A DNA stretch of 64,000 bases from Eledone cirrhosa. Taxonomy: Eukaryota. Shown one piece after another: positions 25,148 to 38,343 of this stretch; the first letter of the stretch is position 1, and each line of letters opens with the position of its first letter. The DNA is taken from positions 240,870,001 to 240,934,000 of the forward strand of contig OZ024743.1 in NCBI GenBank assembly GCA_964016885.1, given 5' to 3'. A program made the translations under genes and the position numbers. Below the pieces are notes generated by a model, which was not told the origin of the DNA, searched no databases, and was given only the letters and a program-made list of their open reading frames with translations.

Positions 25148-25287
25148 TGTATGCATGTATGTATGAATGTATGTATGCATGCATGTATGCATGCAAGTAT
25201 ACATGTATGTTTGTGTGTGTATATGTATGTATGTATGTATGTTTGTATTTTAGTATGTATGTATCTTTGTGTGAATGTATGTATGTA

Positions 25288-26357
25288 CAGAGTGACTAAA
25301 AAAATTGGCCCATTTTTATTTTTGTCTATATTATTCATTTTTTGACAAAAACAACATATCAAAAAGTCACTATCTTCAGATGTTTCTGTCCAGAGTTAAA
25401 ACATGTTCCAAGTGATCCCCATTTGAATCGCTGCATTTCTTTAGATGCATGGTGAAGTTTGGCATAACGTCTTTACAAACAGATCGAATGTTGGCTCTGA
25501 TCTTCTCCCTGATGTTTTCCTTTAGTTCTGTGACGGCACAGGGTGTGTATCCTATCCTTCAGAAAGCTCCAAAGAAAGCAAGCTGGGATGCTTAGATCAG
25601 AGCTGTGTGGGGCCCACTCAAAATCAGTTTCAAATTGATCACAATATTTCCAAAGTTATTGTCAACCATTTTCGCGACTCATATTCATTAGAGATAGGTA
25701 CATAGTCTATAGCTCCTTTTTGAATTGTGCCACGACCTGCACATAGTTCATTAGTAACACCATTGATTTAGAAGAAGAGGCAGCCGAGACGTTACATTTA
25801 GCTGAGTGGAGAAGTTTAACAACCACTTCAGTGGGTTTCCTTGACTCCCTAAACTCTGTGCTCTGAGACTTGATCTGCCCCTCAAACTGAAAGTAGACTA
25901 CATCAGATGTCCTCAGGAGATTCAGAAAATTTCGGTGTTTTTTCCATCTTCTCCAGTATTTTCTCAGCCACAGCCGTTCTCTTAGTCTTATCAGCTACAT
26001 AAGCCTTTGTTTAGTCTGTATGCCTGGGCTTAGTACTTAAGATCATATGGTTACTTAGGATTACTTCTTCAGATCTTCTTCTGCACATTTCTGGAGAGAG
26101 ACACAAGGATTGGCTTCTCTTGTGCAACCATCATTTTGGGTTCTGATTAACTCTTGGATCACGGCAATACCTTCTAGTGTATACTTCTTGGGTCACCAAG
26201 AGTGGATAAGACCGTCCTCGGAATATATTGAGGTCTCAAATTTCTTCACCCGGTTTTGAATATTGGTTTTGAAGGGAAATTTATCCGTTCAAAAAGATGC
26301 ATGAAATATACAGTAACACAAAACGTGCGCGGGGCCATTTTTTTTTTAGTTAACCTG
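25288..26357 (-). mobile_element. Decayed Tc1/mariner-superfamily DNA transposon
   Basis: TA flanks on both sides; imperfect TIRs cagagtgactaaaaaaattggccc and caggttaactaaaaaaaaatggccc; minus-strand remnants SDVVYFQFEG, WAPHSSDL...FLWSFLKD and ELKENIR...NF...C...GDHLEHV. Confidence 0.8.
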
Positions 26358-26384
26358 TATGTATGTATGCATGTGTATGCATGT

Positions 26385-26735
26385 GCACGGGGACATAGAA
26401 ATAGTCGGGCAGGACACCCGATCACGCGGTTAAACCACTGGGAGTGAAGGACCCTAGCCTTTGTCAGGGCATTCTTCTAGGAGAAGGCAACTCAGGAAAC
26501 TGGGATAACTCCGATATAAAACCCGCGGCTCAGTAGTTACCGATGATGTTGATCTTTTCTTCTTTTCGGGTTATAGCTACTGTCGCTCAGAGAGTGGGTT
26601 TGGCTCAGTGCACAGTCTTTCCTCACTTTAAAAAATATCTTCATGCACAGACATTTCACGATAGAATTAATTAATAATTATTAATAATGTTATATCGTGC
26701 AATGGCCATACTCGATAACGAGGGGGCAGCCATCA
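26385..26735 (+). mobile_element. Non-coding RTE-derived SINE-like element related to 24770-25147
   Basis: Shares ctaggagaagg, gatgatgttga and agagagtggg blocks and the 3' stem-loop (atggc...ctcgataacgag...gccat) followed by atgtatgt. Confidence 0.65.
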
Positions 26736-26849
26736 TGTATGTTCTTCTGGTTTTATAATTTCACAAAGTTTTACCAATAGAGAAAGAGTCGGTTTCTAAC
26801 ACAGACACCAGACTCTCTCATTGGAATTTACACAACATCAACTAGGTAG

Positions 26850-29800
26850 ATATGTATGTATGCATGTGTAGATATGGATGTTATTGTATGTGGATGTGTA
26901 TGTTTTGAGTTGTATGTGTGCATGTAGATATGATTTGCATCTGTACATGTGTATATGCAGTTATTATATGCAAAGTTTGTGGAATGTTTTACATATTTTT
27001 ACTGTTCCATTCCTGTGAAGCCTAGCTTCTCAAGATTTGTATTGAGGCAGTTACTAACATACCCCAGTGCCCCAATAATCACAGGCATAAATCTGAAGGT
27101 GTAATCAGGGTGGAGTATATGCAAATTTCTCATCAGTTCTGCATAAATGTTCTCCTTTTCACTAATCTTTGATATTATATTGGCATCTGCTGGGCAGCTA
27201 ATTTCCACTACTGTGCATGCTTTCTTCTCCCTGTCCCATATTATAGTATCTGGTCTGTTAGGCCTGCATTTTATTGGGGTTTTTACGGGAACATTCCACC
27301 AGTACTCTTTCATATTATGTACATGGATGTCTTCCACATTGCTGTAGCTTTTAATGTGTTTATTATCGGGGCTATCTTTTTTACGAACTGCATTGTACAG
27401 TGTTTTGGCCACTACATCATGCCTCATAGGTAGATAGTACCGCGATGACATCTTTGGACAGCTGCTGATGACATGGGTGATATCCTCGATGTTAGTTCTG
27501 CAGAGTCTGCACTTGTTATCACATCTAGGTGTTTTGCTTGCATCCCTATCTCTTTTGTGAATCAAGTATTTCGTGTTAATCTCCTGTTCTTGAATTGCAA
27601 AAGCGTATCCTTCAAAATGGGAGCCAATATAGCGGTTGTTGGTCCAAGATAGACTACTTTCCTTATCTATATTACTCTCACTATGGAGCTTCCTGGCAAC
27701 ATATCCATGCATGATTTTTTGCTGATAAGCATGCAGTTTTTCATCCATGGATTCACTGCGATACTGTTGAGCGACTTCCCTGGGTGTAAGTTTTTGATTA
27801 TCACACAGGGAATATCTCTCGAGGAGTTCCTTCCCAACTCTCATGATCTTATCTGTTTCATGCAGATAGACTTGCTCGAGAAACAGGCTCCAACGCTTCG
27901 AGGTTCGTAGATATTGTCGGAGAGATATGATGCGACATTCAAATGTTGTCTGGACTGATGTTAGGCCTCTGCGTCCCTGCTTACTTTTCAAGTAAAGGCG
28001 GTCTATGTCACTGTTGATGTGGAAGTTTTCGGTGTTGTTTAGTATTTTTCGAGTTCCAACATCAACTGCTCGGATTTTGTCTATCGTCCAATTGAGTATT
28101 CCAAACGTTGGTGTTAGGATAGGCACAGCAAACATATTGTGAGCCACTGTTTTGTTTTGCGCAGAGAGTTTCGATGACCAGATCTTTCTTAATCGGGTGT
28201 AGTATTCCCTGGTTACGCGTTCTTCATTACAGATACCATTATAGGATATATTCTCATCTATCTCCAGGTATCTGTAACAGTCCTCATCAAATATCGGTGA
28301 AACAGTTAGGCCATTGATGACAATGTTGCTAGATTGGGTTATTGTTTTCCCCGCTTTACAGTCATGTATGAGCATTTATCTTGGTCAAACTCCATTCCTA
28401 TATCCTTTGAGAACGTTGTAACCAGGTCAAGATTTTTCTTCATCACATCCATGTTCTTGGCATAGAGTTTCAGATCGTCGACAAAGAAATTATGAGTTAG
28501 GTTCGTATTTCTGTCCTCCTCTGAGCCAATGATGTTTCCCTCACATTTCTTTCTGAGCAGAAAGGACATCACTTAGTTTTTTGCCAAGTGGGTGTCTTTG
28601 TTCTTGGGGACCAGTAATATTTGTGCTAATGTCAACCATTCTGGTATAAGTGTATCTCCCTTAAGAACTTGTTGGTAGAGGTCAGTACGATACCTCCGAT
28701 AGAATATCAGTTTTTTGTACCAGTAGCCGACAATCATGTCTCTTCCTGGTGTTTTCTTATCTTGGAGTTTTCCTATCACAGTCTCAAGGGTACCCTCACT
28801 TATTTCGTATGTTTTTGTTGTAGTGTAGGAGCAACAGTTCTTTCAGATTTCTCTTAGCCACACTGCATCTTGGTTGAAATTCTTCTTTTCGCCCCATATT
28901 TTGCTCAAAAAAGAATCTATGTCTTTCTGGGATGGGGCCTCAGTGACACTTATTATTTTGCCCTTCATATCTCTATAGACTGATGTTTGGTTTCGTCTGA
29001 ATCTTTTATTAAGCACTTTTCTCTCATCTATCTTCTTCAGGAATCGGCGTTTTTCGCTAACAGCTCTCCATTCTTGTTTGAGGGTGATCAGCTTATATTG
29101 GAGAGTTCTGGTTCTACTCTTACCAAACATCGTCTCTATTTTATTTTTCACTCTTTGTTGGTAAGGAGTGAGGTTTTTTTGTGTTTGTTTGCATGTAAGC
29201 AGCATTGTCACATATCCTAGGGTTTTTCGTAGGTCAGCAATCTTTTTTTCTATTTTAGTTATATATGATGATCTTTTTGGTGGTGTTCTGTTCTTGTTAA
29301 TATCTCTGCTATCACCAAGATGATGCTTCACTGTCGTTGCTAGGGCATATAAACAGGCGTTGATTTGCCAAAATGTTGGGGTTTTTATCTGTCGTAAATA
29401 TTCATCCCCTATTTCGTCAATAAAACGTAATATTTCATTATTTGTTTGTTTTTTTATTAAACATTGTGGTTTTAATATGTTCAGCAAGAGAGATATTTAT
29501 ACATGAATTAATTTCTCTCTGGAAGATTTCGTTGAGGGAAATTTTCAATTGTTTATACTTTTGATTATTATCATCATCGATAGTATTTTCCACAACAGTC
29601 GAGGTAGACTCGGATGGTACACGTGGTGTCAAATTTCTTCGATTATTATTATTATTTCTTCGATTACTATTATTATCGATAGTGTTTTCCCCAGCATTCG
29701 AGGTAGACTTAGATGGTACAAGTGGTGTCAAGTTTCTTACAGGCATAGTTGTTTCAAGGCACTGTTCGATCTGGCTGCTAGGAAATCTAGTAGCATGGCG

Positions 29801-30256
29801 ACCTGTAGCACGTGTTGTTGATAACATGTTTGTTGTGGGGGGACTTTCAATTAATAATATTTATCTTATTTTTACGTTCAACAAACGTCGCTTGTTGCCG
29901 AAATTGTTTCGCTGTGAAATAATTTAAATCTGGGTGTATTTCGTCCCCGTGTAGCTTCATTCTGTTCATATAGCCAATGGAGGGATTGTTTTTTGCCTTT
30001 TTATAACAATTAAATAAATCATTATTAAGTTCGTAACGCCAAGAGAAATCCGATTTATAATTTCGGTTTCTTCTGTAGCTACAACTGAATAAAGTGTGTT
30101 TACCTTCCTTGTTATTTGTCTTTGGAACTTCCTTAATTTTGTTGTTGCTGTTGTGTTCAAATTTGTAGCAAATACTTGTAAAATGAATTATGTATTTAGT
30201 CGGATATTTAATAAATAGTCTCCCACGCCAAAATATGCGACTGATCGCGTTGACTG

Positions 30257-30257
<1 letters not shown>
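26850..30257 (-). mobile_element. Near-full-length, decayed R4/Dong-clade RLE retrotransposon (family C) in (CATA)n
   Basis: Ordered fragments: N-terminal W..ELN..L..CY motif, KTPGRD, FVDDLKL, CRLC..HVISSC, RHD, RPD..VVEISCP..KENIY. Many frameshifts; the central RT between HLAKN and SFLLR is deleted at ~28572. Confidence 0.88.
26999..28375 (-). pseudogene. RT thumb, CCHC finger and RLE endonuclease fragment of family C
   Basis: The 458-aa ORF contains DIDRLY, IQEQEI, CRLC, RHD and RPD..EIS motifs. Confidence 0.88.
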
Positions 30258-30288
<31 letters not shown>

Positions 30289-30350
30289 TGTATGTATGTA
30301 TGTATGTATGTATGTATGTATGTATGTATGTATGTATGTATGTATGTATG
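30258..30350. repeat. (TATG)n tract separating the two minus-strand R4-like elements
   Basis: Perfect tetranucleotide run; another lies at 31707-31808. Confidence 0.95.
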
Positions 30351-31706
30351 TTTTCTCTTTCTCTTAATTTCGAGTATATTTTTTTTGACCGGCCACCTTC
30401 CTGGTGGCAAGGTTGTAAAAGAAAAGAAATTGTCATCCCTTGAATCGCAAGAATGTTTTGCATATTTTGAAGGTGCCAGCTATCGCAGCCATTTGTAGAC
30501 TATGAATTAGGGAGCTGCGCTTTTTGTCCGCAAATCCAAGTTCGGTCATACTTTGGTCCAAGCGGGTTGGTATATAACCCGTAGCACCAATAATGATGGG
30601 TATGAAGCTAAAGGTGTATCTTGGATACTGGATTTGTAAGCTCCTCATCAATGGTCCGGAGATGTCCTCCTTCTCCTGTATTTTTCTGATAACGTTTACA
30701 TCAAGTGGGCAGCTGATCTCCACAACAGAACACGTTTTCAATGTGTGGTCCCAAACTACAATATCAGGCCGGTTGTGCTTTAATTTGGTGGCAGTTTTTA
30801 TTTTCAGGTTCCACCAGTATTCCTTAGTGCCATCTGTCTCAATATATTCTTCCTCGTTTGTTGTTAATTTTGTTTTCCGAAGTGCGTTCCAGATAGTTCT
30901 AGCTATCCCATCGTGTCTCATGGGGAGGTAGTAGCGAGATGACATTCTTTCGCAGCCGGCAACAATGTGGCTTACATCCTCGATCTTTGTTTTACATAGC
31001 CTACATTTATTGTCAGCTGCTGGCCCTCCTCTTTTGTGCAGCAGATATTTGGTAGGGAGTTCTTGTTCCTGTATTGCATAGAGATATCCCTCAAGGTGTG
31101 ATGTCATAAACTTGTCGGAACTCCATGCCAGGCTTTTTGAGTGGTTTATCCCCTCTATGGTCTGTGTTTTACGCCTCAAGTATCCATGCACAACTTTCTC
31201 TGTAAATTGGTCAATTTTTTTTCTTGTTTGAACATTGAATAGGATCTTCCGATTTCTCTGGGTGAGAGATTTATATCAGGCTTTATTCCATATCTCTCCT
31301 CCAGATCAGTCGCTATTCTAATGATATTTCTTTTTTCATGCTCATAAACCTGAGCAAGATGGTCGCCAACCTTTTTCCTCTGTTGAAGGTGTTGCTTCAG
31401 TGTTACTATCCGGGTCTCATATGTTGTTAATATTGATTTTAGACCCCGGCCACCTTCCTTGCGTGAGAAGTATAGCCTATCCACATCACCATTGATGTTA
31501 AAGTTCCCAGTAACACTGAGAAGTTTTCGAGTTCTAACATCCATCTCACTTAGTTCTTGCAATGACCAGTTCAGTAGGCCAAATGTTGGCGTTAGAATTG
31601 GCACAGCATAGGTATTGTGGGCAATGTATTTGTTGTATGCTGACAGTTCTGATGACCATATTTTTTTTACTCTTCTGAGGTATTCAGTTCTGGTTCTCTC
31701 CTTATT
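30351..31706 (-). mobile_element. 5'-truncated R4/Dong-clade element (family D) in (CATA)n
   Basis: Starts NKERTRTEYLRRVKKIW directly after (CATA)n; one frameshift at ~31190; CRLC..HIVAGC, RHD, HNRPD..VEISCP; stop at 30433, then an ~80-nt 3' UTR and (CATA)n. Confidence 0.9.
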
Positions 31707-32353
31707 TGTATGTATGTATGTATGTATGTATGTATGTATGTATGTATGTATGTATGTATGTATGTATGTATGTATGTATGTATGTATGTATGTATGTATG
31801 TATGTATATATGCATGTATTCATGTATATATGTATGTATGTATGCATGTATTTATGTATGTATGTCTGTATATATGTACGTATGGAATCGTACCACCTGA
31901 TGGAGTCGTAATGGCGACATCGTGATATCAGACGTGTCATGTGCACTTTAAACCTGGCGGAGCCCAACCCCTCTCTCGAGGCTTCAACATAGCAGATTTC
32001 TTCCAGAGTTCAAAGATGGAGGGAGCGATAGAGAGAGAGAGAGAGAGAGAGGGGGCAGAGAGAGAGGGGCGGGAGATGAATTAAGAAAGAGAATTAAAGT
32101 AAGAATCGGCACCATTACTGGTCTGATAGTTTTTTTTATTAAAAGCAAAGTTGACCGCTGCGGGATTTGAACCAAGGCAGTGCAGAGAACCGAAACAATT
32201 ATTACAACAAATTCTACCCGACCTCCATACAAGCATCATGCTTGTTTAGATTTGGCAGCTGCCACGTGCTTATGGCCAGATCGGTCAATGACAAGGCCCT
32301 ACTAGTATGTATTGTTTTTGCGGGGTTACTATGGCTGGATTACCTTCCTAATG

Positions 32354-32424
<71 letters not shown>

Positions 32425-32834
32425 TCTCATAAAAGACCTACATGATTAAGTCTTTAGAATATGAATTTAAAATGAGCGCAGATGTCAAATACAAAGGAAA
32501 AAATGACAACAGAAAGTCGGACAGTTCCATCTCCCCAGTCAACCTCTGGAAATCACTACGATATATAATCTTTGACAGTAAAAGTAGGTAACAGAAGCTG
32601 TGCTAAATCTGGTTTGAAAGACTTAATTCATGATCAGGGTCTAACGCACCGACTTGTTTTTTCATCTATTTAGAGCGTCAATTCCGTTTCAAACATAATA
32701 ACAATGTGTGGCTGTGATTATCGCATGCGCTTTATTTGTTTCCATTTCCAACCAAGAGATTAGAATATACAACATGTTAGAAAAGCCAACAAAACGCATA
32801 AGCATTCCTCACTATTTGAAAAAATGAAAAGATA

Positions 32835-32978
32835 ATGGTTTTTCATATAGGCACAAAGCCAGCAATTTTGGGTGAGGGGGAAAGTCGATTAAATCAATCC
32901 AGTGCGTGACTGGTACTTTATTTTATCGACCCCGTAAGGATGAAAGGCAAAGTTAAGCTCGGTGGGATTGGAACTCGG
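32835..32978 (-). mobile_element. tRNA-derived SINE, 5'-truncated
   Basis: Core tggtactttattttatcgaccccgtaaggatgaaaggcaaagtt. Confidence 0.8.
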
Positions 32979-33342
32979 AAAAAATGAAAAGATAATACTG
33001 CCCAGATTGGGTCCCGCTTTTGTTAATTCGTTCAACCTCAATTCTTCTACTACATGGATGAATATTCAAAACTCTTTTAAGATTGCACGTCTTGTTAAAA
33101 AGATTTAATGTTGAACATGAAACTCGGCGAGGATGGGCCGTGTGGTGATTATTACACCGAGGCTTAATCGGCAATACACGCGTTCCTTTCAAAGTAATTT
33201 CTTGATTATGTTCTTTCAGACAAGAAATCGTTACAATACTACATGTGACCTATATAGATATATGTATAACTACAAATATATACATATGTATATATAGGTG
33301 TATATTTGTATGTATATATATATATATATTTATATATATATG

Positions 33343-33381
<39 letters not shown>

Positions 33382-33431
33382 ATATATATACGCACATATA
33401 TCATGTATTATACACATATATAGTACTTATC

Positions 33432-33498
<67 letters not shown>

Positions 33499-33774
33499 CT
33501 GTGCATATGCACACAAGGTATCTGCATGTGTATGTGTTTCTATGGAAGCTTGTTCTGCATAACATATAGTCCGTACAGTAATTATAGTTACACAGACAAA
33601 ATGGTTGTAAAATGTAATGTTCAATGTTAATCGCTCTTTAGTCTCGATTTTTTAAATCTTCATTTTTAGACTTATTTTCCCTCTTTTTTTTATAGTGCAA
33701 CCATTTCGAACTCATCGTTAGTATTCTTAGATGTATTTTTATTATTTTCCTTTCATTTAATACGCACACACACT

Positions 33775-33810
<36 letters not shown>

Positions 33811-33903
33811 AATATATCTATATATCTATATATATTTAAACACACACATATATATGTATATATACATATATGTATACATATATATACATACATACATACA
33901 TAC

Positions 33904-34002
<99 letters not shown>

Positions 34003-34031
34003 ATTTTTAAGATTTGAATATTCTTACTTCA

Positions 34032-34091
<60 letters not shown>

Positions 34092-34511
34092 ATGTGTGTG
34101 TGAGTGCCTCAGTGTATTTTCTATACATTCATCTATCTATCTATTTATCTCCGTATGTATCTATATGTACGATTGCAATTATATATTACTGAAAGTGTTA
34201 GTTCAAGAAACTAATTAGGCCAACATCGCAATACAGGATTCACAGAATTATCACACACGTTCACATACATCCTATACATACATATTCATATGTATGTATA
34301 TAGGTGTGTATATATGTAGGTATCTATATATATACACATACACACACACACATATATATATATATATGTATTAATATATATATGTGTGTGTATATATGTA
34401 TTCCTATAAACACACAGACACACAGACATTTATATATATACATATATATGTGTGGTGTGTGTGTGTGTGTGTGTGTATGTATATATCTATATATATGTAT
34501 ATATGTATATA

Positions 34512-34589
<78 letters not shown>

Positions 34590-35240
34590 CGTATATCGCC
34601 TCAGTGTGTGTATATATATATATAATATATATTTATATATTACAATGAAGCACACATTTATCAAACAAAATACCCGAAAAAAATAGTAATGAAAGAAAAG
34701 AAAAACATACAGGAAGCAAACAAAGGAAAACAAAAACAAAACATAAACAAGGCTGGAGTTTCCATAGAGTAGATTTTAAACCTTCTCTAACAAGAAACTA
34801 AAGACTGTATTCAAAATTCAGAAAACGTCCTTTTACACCCCATTCTATCTCCCTCCCTCAACCTGACACCGAACCACCCGCATCACCACTACCACCAACA
34901 ACAACATCAACAACAATCTAGCCACTAACCCATAATATAAAATTGATTTTTGCTGTTGATGTTAATAGTAGTTGTGGCGGTGGAAGAGAAGGCGATGGTG
35001 ATTGTGCAGCATGTGGAGGAGTGTGTGGTGGTAGTATGTGTGCTTGTGTACGTGTAGGTGGTTGTGGTGGTGATGATGATGGTGGTGGTGTTGATGTAGG
35101 TGGTGCTATTTGATTCCAATCAGTACCATATTCCTATACTAAATGTTGCTAGTAAGACAGGCTTGTATCTATCTACAAAGCAATTTCCTAAGCGTAATGG
35201 AGTTTTCCTCTTTACACACACATTCACTCACACATACAGA

Positions 35241-35464
35241 CACACACAAACATACACATATGAATTTAAAAACATGCTAAACTTTGTATGTTTACATTAT
35301 GTGTTTATATATATATATATTATATATATATACATATATATATTATATTTATATATAATATATATATATGTATATATATATAATATATATATATATATAA
35401 ACACATAATGTAAACATACAAGATTTAGCATGTTTTTAAATTCATATGTGTATGTTTGTGTGTG
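35241..35464. repeat. ~70-bp inverted repeat around a (TA)-rich loop
   Basis: 35241-35310 and 35395-35464 are near-perfect reverse complements. Confidence 0.85.
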
Positions 35465-35494
35465 TATATATATACATACGCACATATATATACA

Positions 35495-35526
<32 letters not shown>

Positions 35527-35765
35527 AATATAACATACACATATATATATATATGTATATATATATGTATATGAATATATAGATATGAATATAAATATGT
35601 ATGCGTGTGTGTTGGCGTGTGTATGTATATGTATATACATGCATACGCACATGCATGTGTATATATGCTAATTCTCTTTCTATTGTCTTTATTTTCTCAA
35701 ATTTTAATATAAAAAAAAAATCAATAATAGATTTTTCCCTTCAATCAGAACATAAACTAGAAGAA

Positions 35766-35767
<2 letters not shown>

Positions 35768-35796
<29 letters not shown>

Positions 35797-35860
35797 AAGA
35801 AGAAGAAGAAGAAGAAGAAGAAGAAGAAGAAGAAGAAGAAGAAGAAGAAGAAGAAGAAGA
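35768..35860. repeat. (AAG)n microsatellite
   Basis: Seen directly. Confidence 0.95.
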
Positions 35861-36233
35861 AACGGAAGTATCAAAAAGGAAGAAGAAGAAGAAAAAGAAG
35901 ACAGATTAAAGGAAAAGAAAGAAGGAAAGGAATGAAGAAAAAGGTGTTCAGGCGTCGTGATATTCTTTGACCCAAATCTATTGTACCTTATAGCATGTAA
36001 CAACAGTAGATTATCTGTATGTGGATGTGTGTGTATCTGTTTGTGTATTAGCTATGTACAATGTAACAACACCACAATATCTATATGTACTTCTATGTAT
36101 ATTTATGTCTGTATTAGCTACATAAAATGTAATATATATATAATACCAATGATGGTTGGCAAATCACTGATGAGGGACTAATTTTATAATATGTAATCCA
36201 TGTACAACCATGCAGTATTCTTCTCCCTTTGTT

Positions 36234-36274
<41 letters not shown>

Positions 36275-36276
<2 letters not shown>

Positions 36277-36465
36277 TAAGTTATTCCGGGTTGAATCGGA
36301 GGAAACCACAGTAAGTAAAGTACTCAATACATAGCAGAGTATAAACATTTTAATATAGATGAGATTCTACAAGACTAGAACTGTTTCATTCTTTAGAAAT
36401 CATCAGGCATCTTGATGATTTCTAAAGAATGAAACAGTTCTAATCCTGTAGAATCTCATCTATAT

Positions 36466-36466
<1 letters not shown>
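36275..36466 (-). mobile_element. (TA)n-embedded element end with a ~56-bp fold-back centred on a hammerhead-like core
   Basis: Arms ~36351-36407 and 36411-36467; (C/T)TGATGA-tTTCtaaaGAAt-GAAAC-agttctagtc on both strands; the same 3' half occurs at 121-158. Stem I is not evident. Confidence 0.6.
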
Positions 36467-36496
<30 letters not shown>

Positions 36497-36508
36497 CCAT
36501 ATATATAT

Positions 36509-37551
<1,043 letters not shown>

Positions 37552-37561
37552 TGTATATATG

Positions 37562-37634
<73 letters not shown>

Positions 37635-37944
37635 CTCTGTGTGTGCACGCGCGCTTGTGTGTATACTCGCTAAATATTATGCACCAACACCACAATATCT
37701 ATATGTGTTTGTATGTGTATGTGCTTCTGCTTGTATTTGCATATTTATTTGTATGTTTATTGTACTGTATACGTTGCAAGAATACCCCATTATCTGTATG
37801 TGTTTGTGTGTATTTGTTCTCTATGTAGTAGAAACTCACGTGAACCAGGCTTGTTACAGCCAATTGCTGCAATTGCTTGCCAAAGATTGTTACAAGATTT
37901 CGTGGCCTTAGACACTTACCAAACTTTTCTACCGAGTCGAAACA

Positions 37945-38276
37945 ATTTTTAATAATAGTATATATTTTAGGCACAAGGTAAGCAATTTTGGGGTCAGGCA
38001 TAAATGGATTACATTCACTCCAGTATTTGATTGGTACTTTCATCGGCCCAAGATGGCTGACATGCAAATTCAAACTCGACTGAATTTGATATTAAATTGT
38101 AAAGAGCTGTACGTGTAATAATAGTAATTTTGGTTTTCCAATTTAAGCACAAAACCAACAATTTCAGGAAGGAGAAATTCAATTATACCTACCTCAGTAC
38201 TTTACTGGTACATCTTTATTGATCCTGGAAGGATAAAAGGCAAAGTTGACATCGGTGTGATTTGAACTCAGAACAC
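37945..38276 (-). mobile_element. Two old SINE remnants
   Basis: Degenerate ggcacaagg...ggtacttt...aaaggcaaagttgac...tttgaactcagaac blocks. Confidence 0.6.

Positions 38277-38343
<67 letters not shown>
38277..38343. repeat. (AAT)n target tract at the 5' edge of the Dong array
   Basis: Perfect trinucleotide run; others at 43199-43255, 44315-44371, 44866-44896, 49294-49363 and from 54305. Confidence 0.95.
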
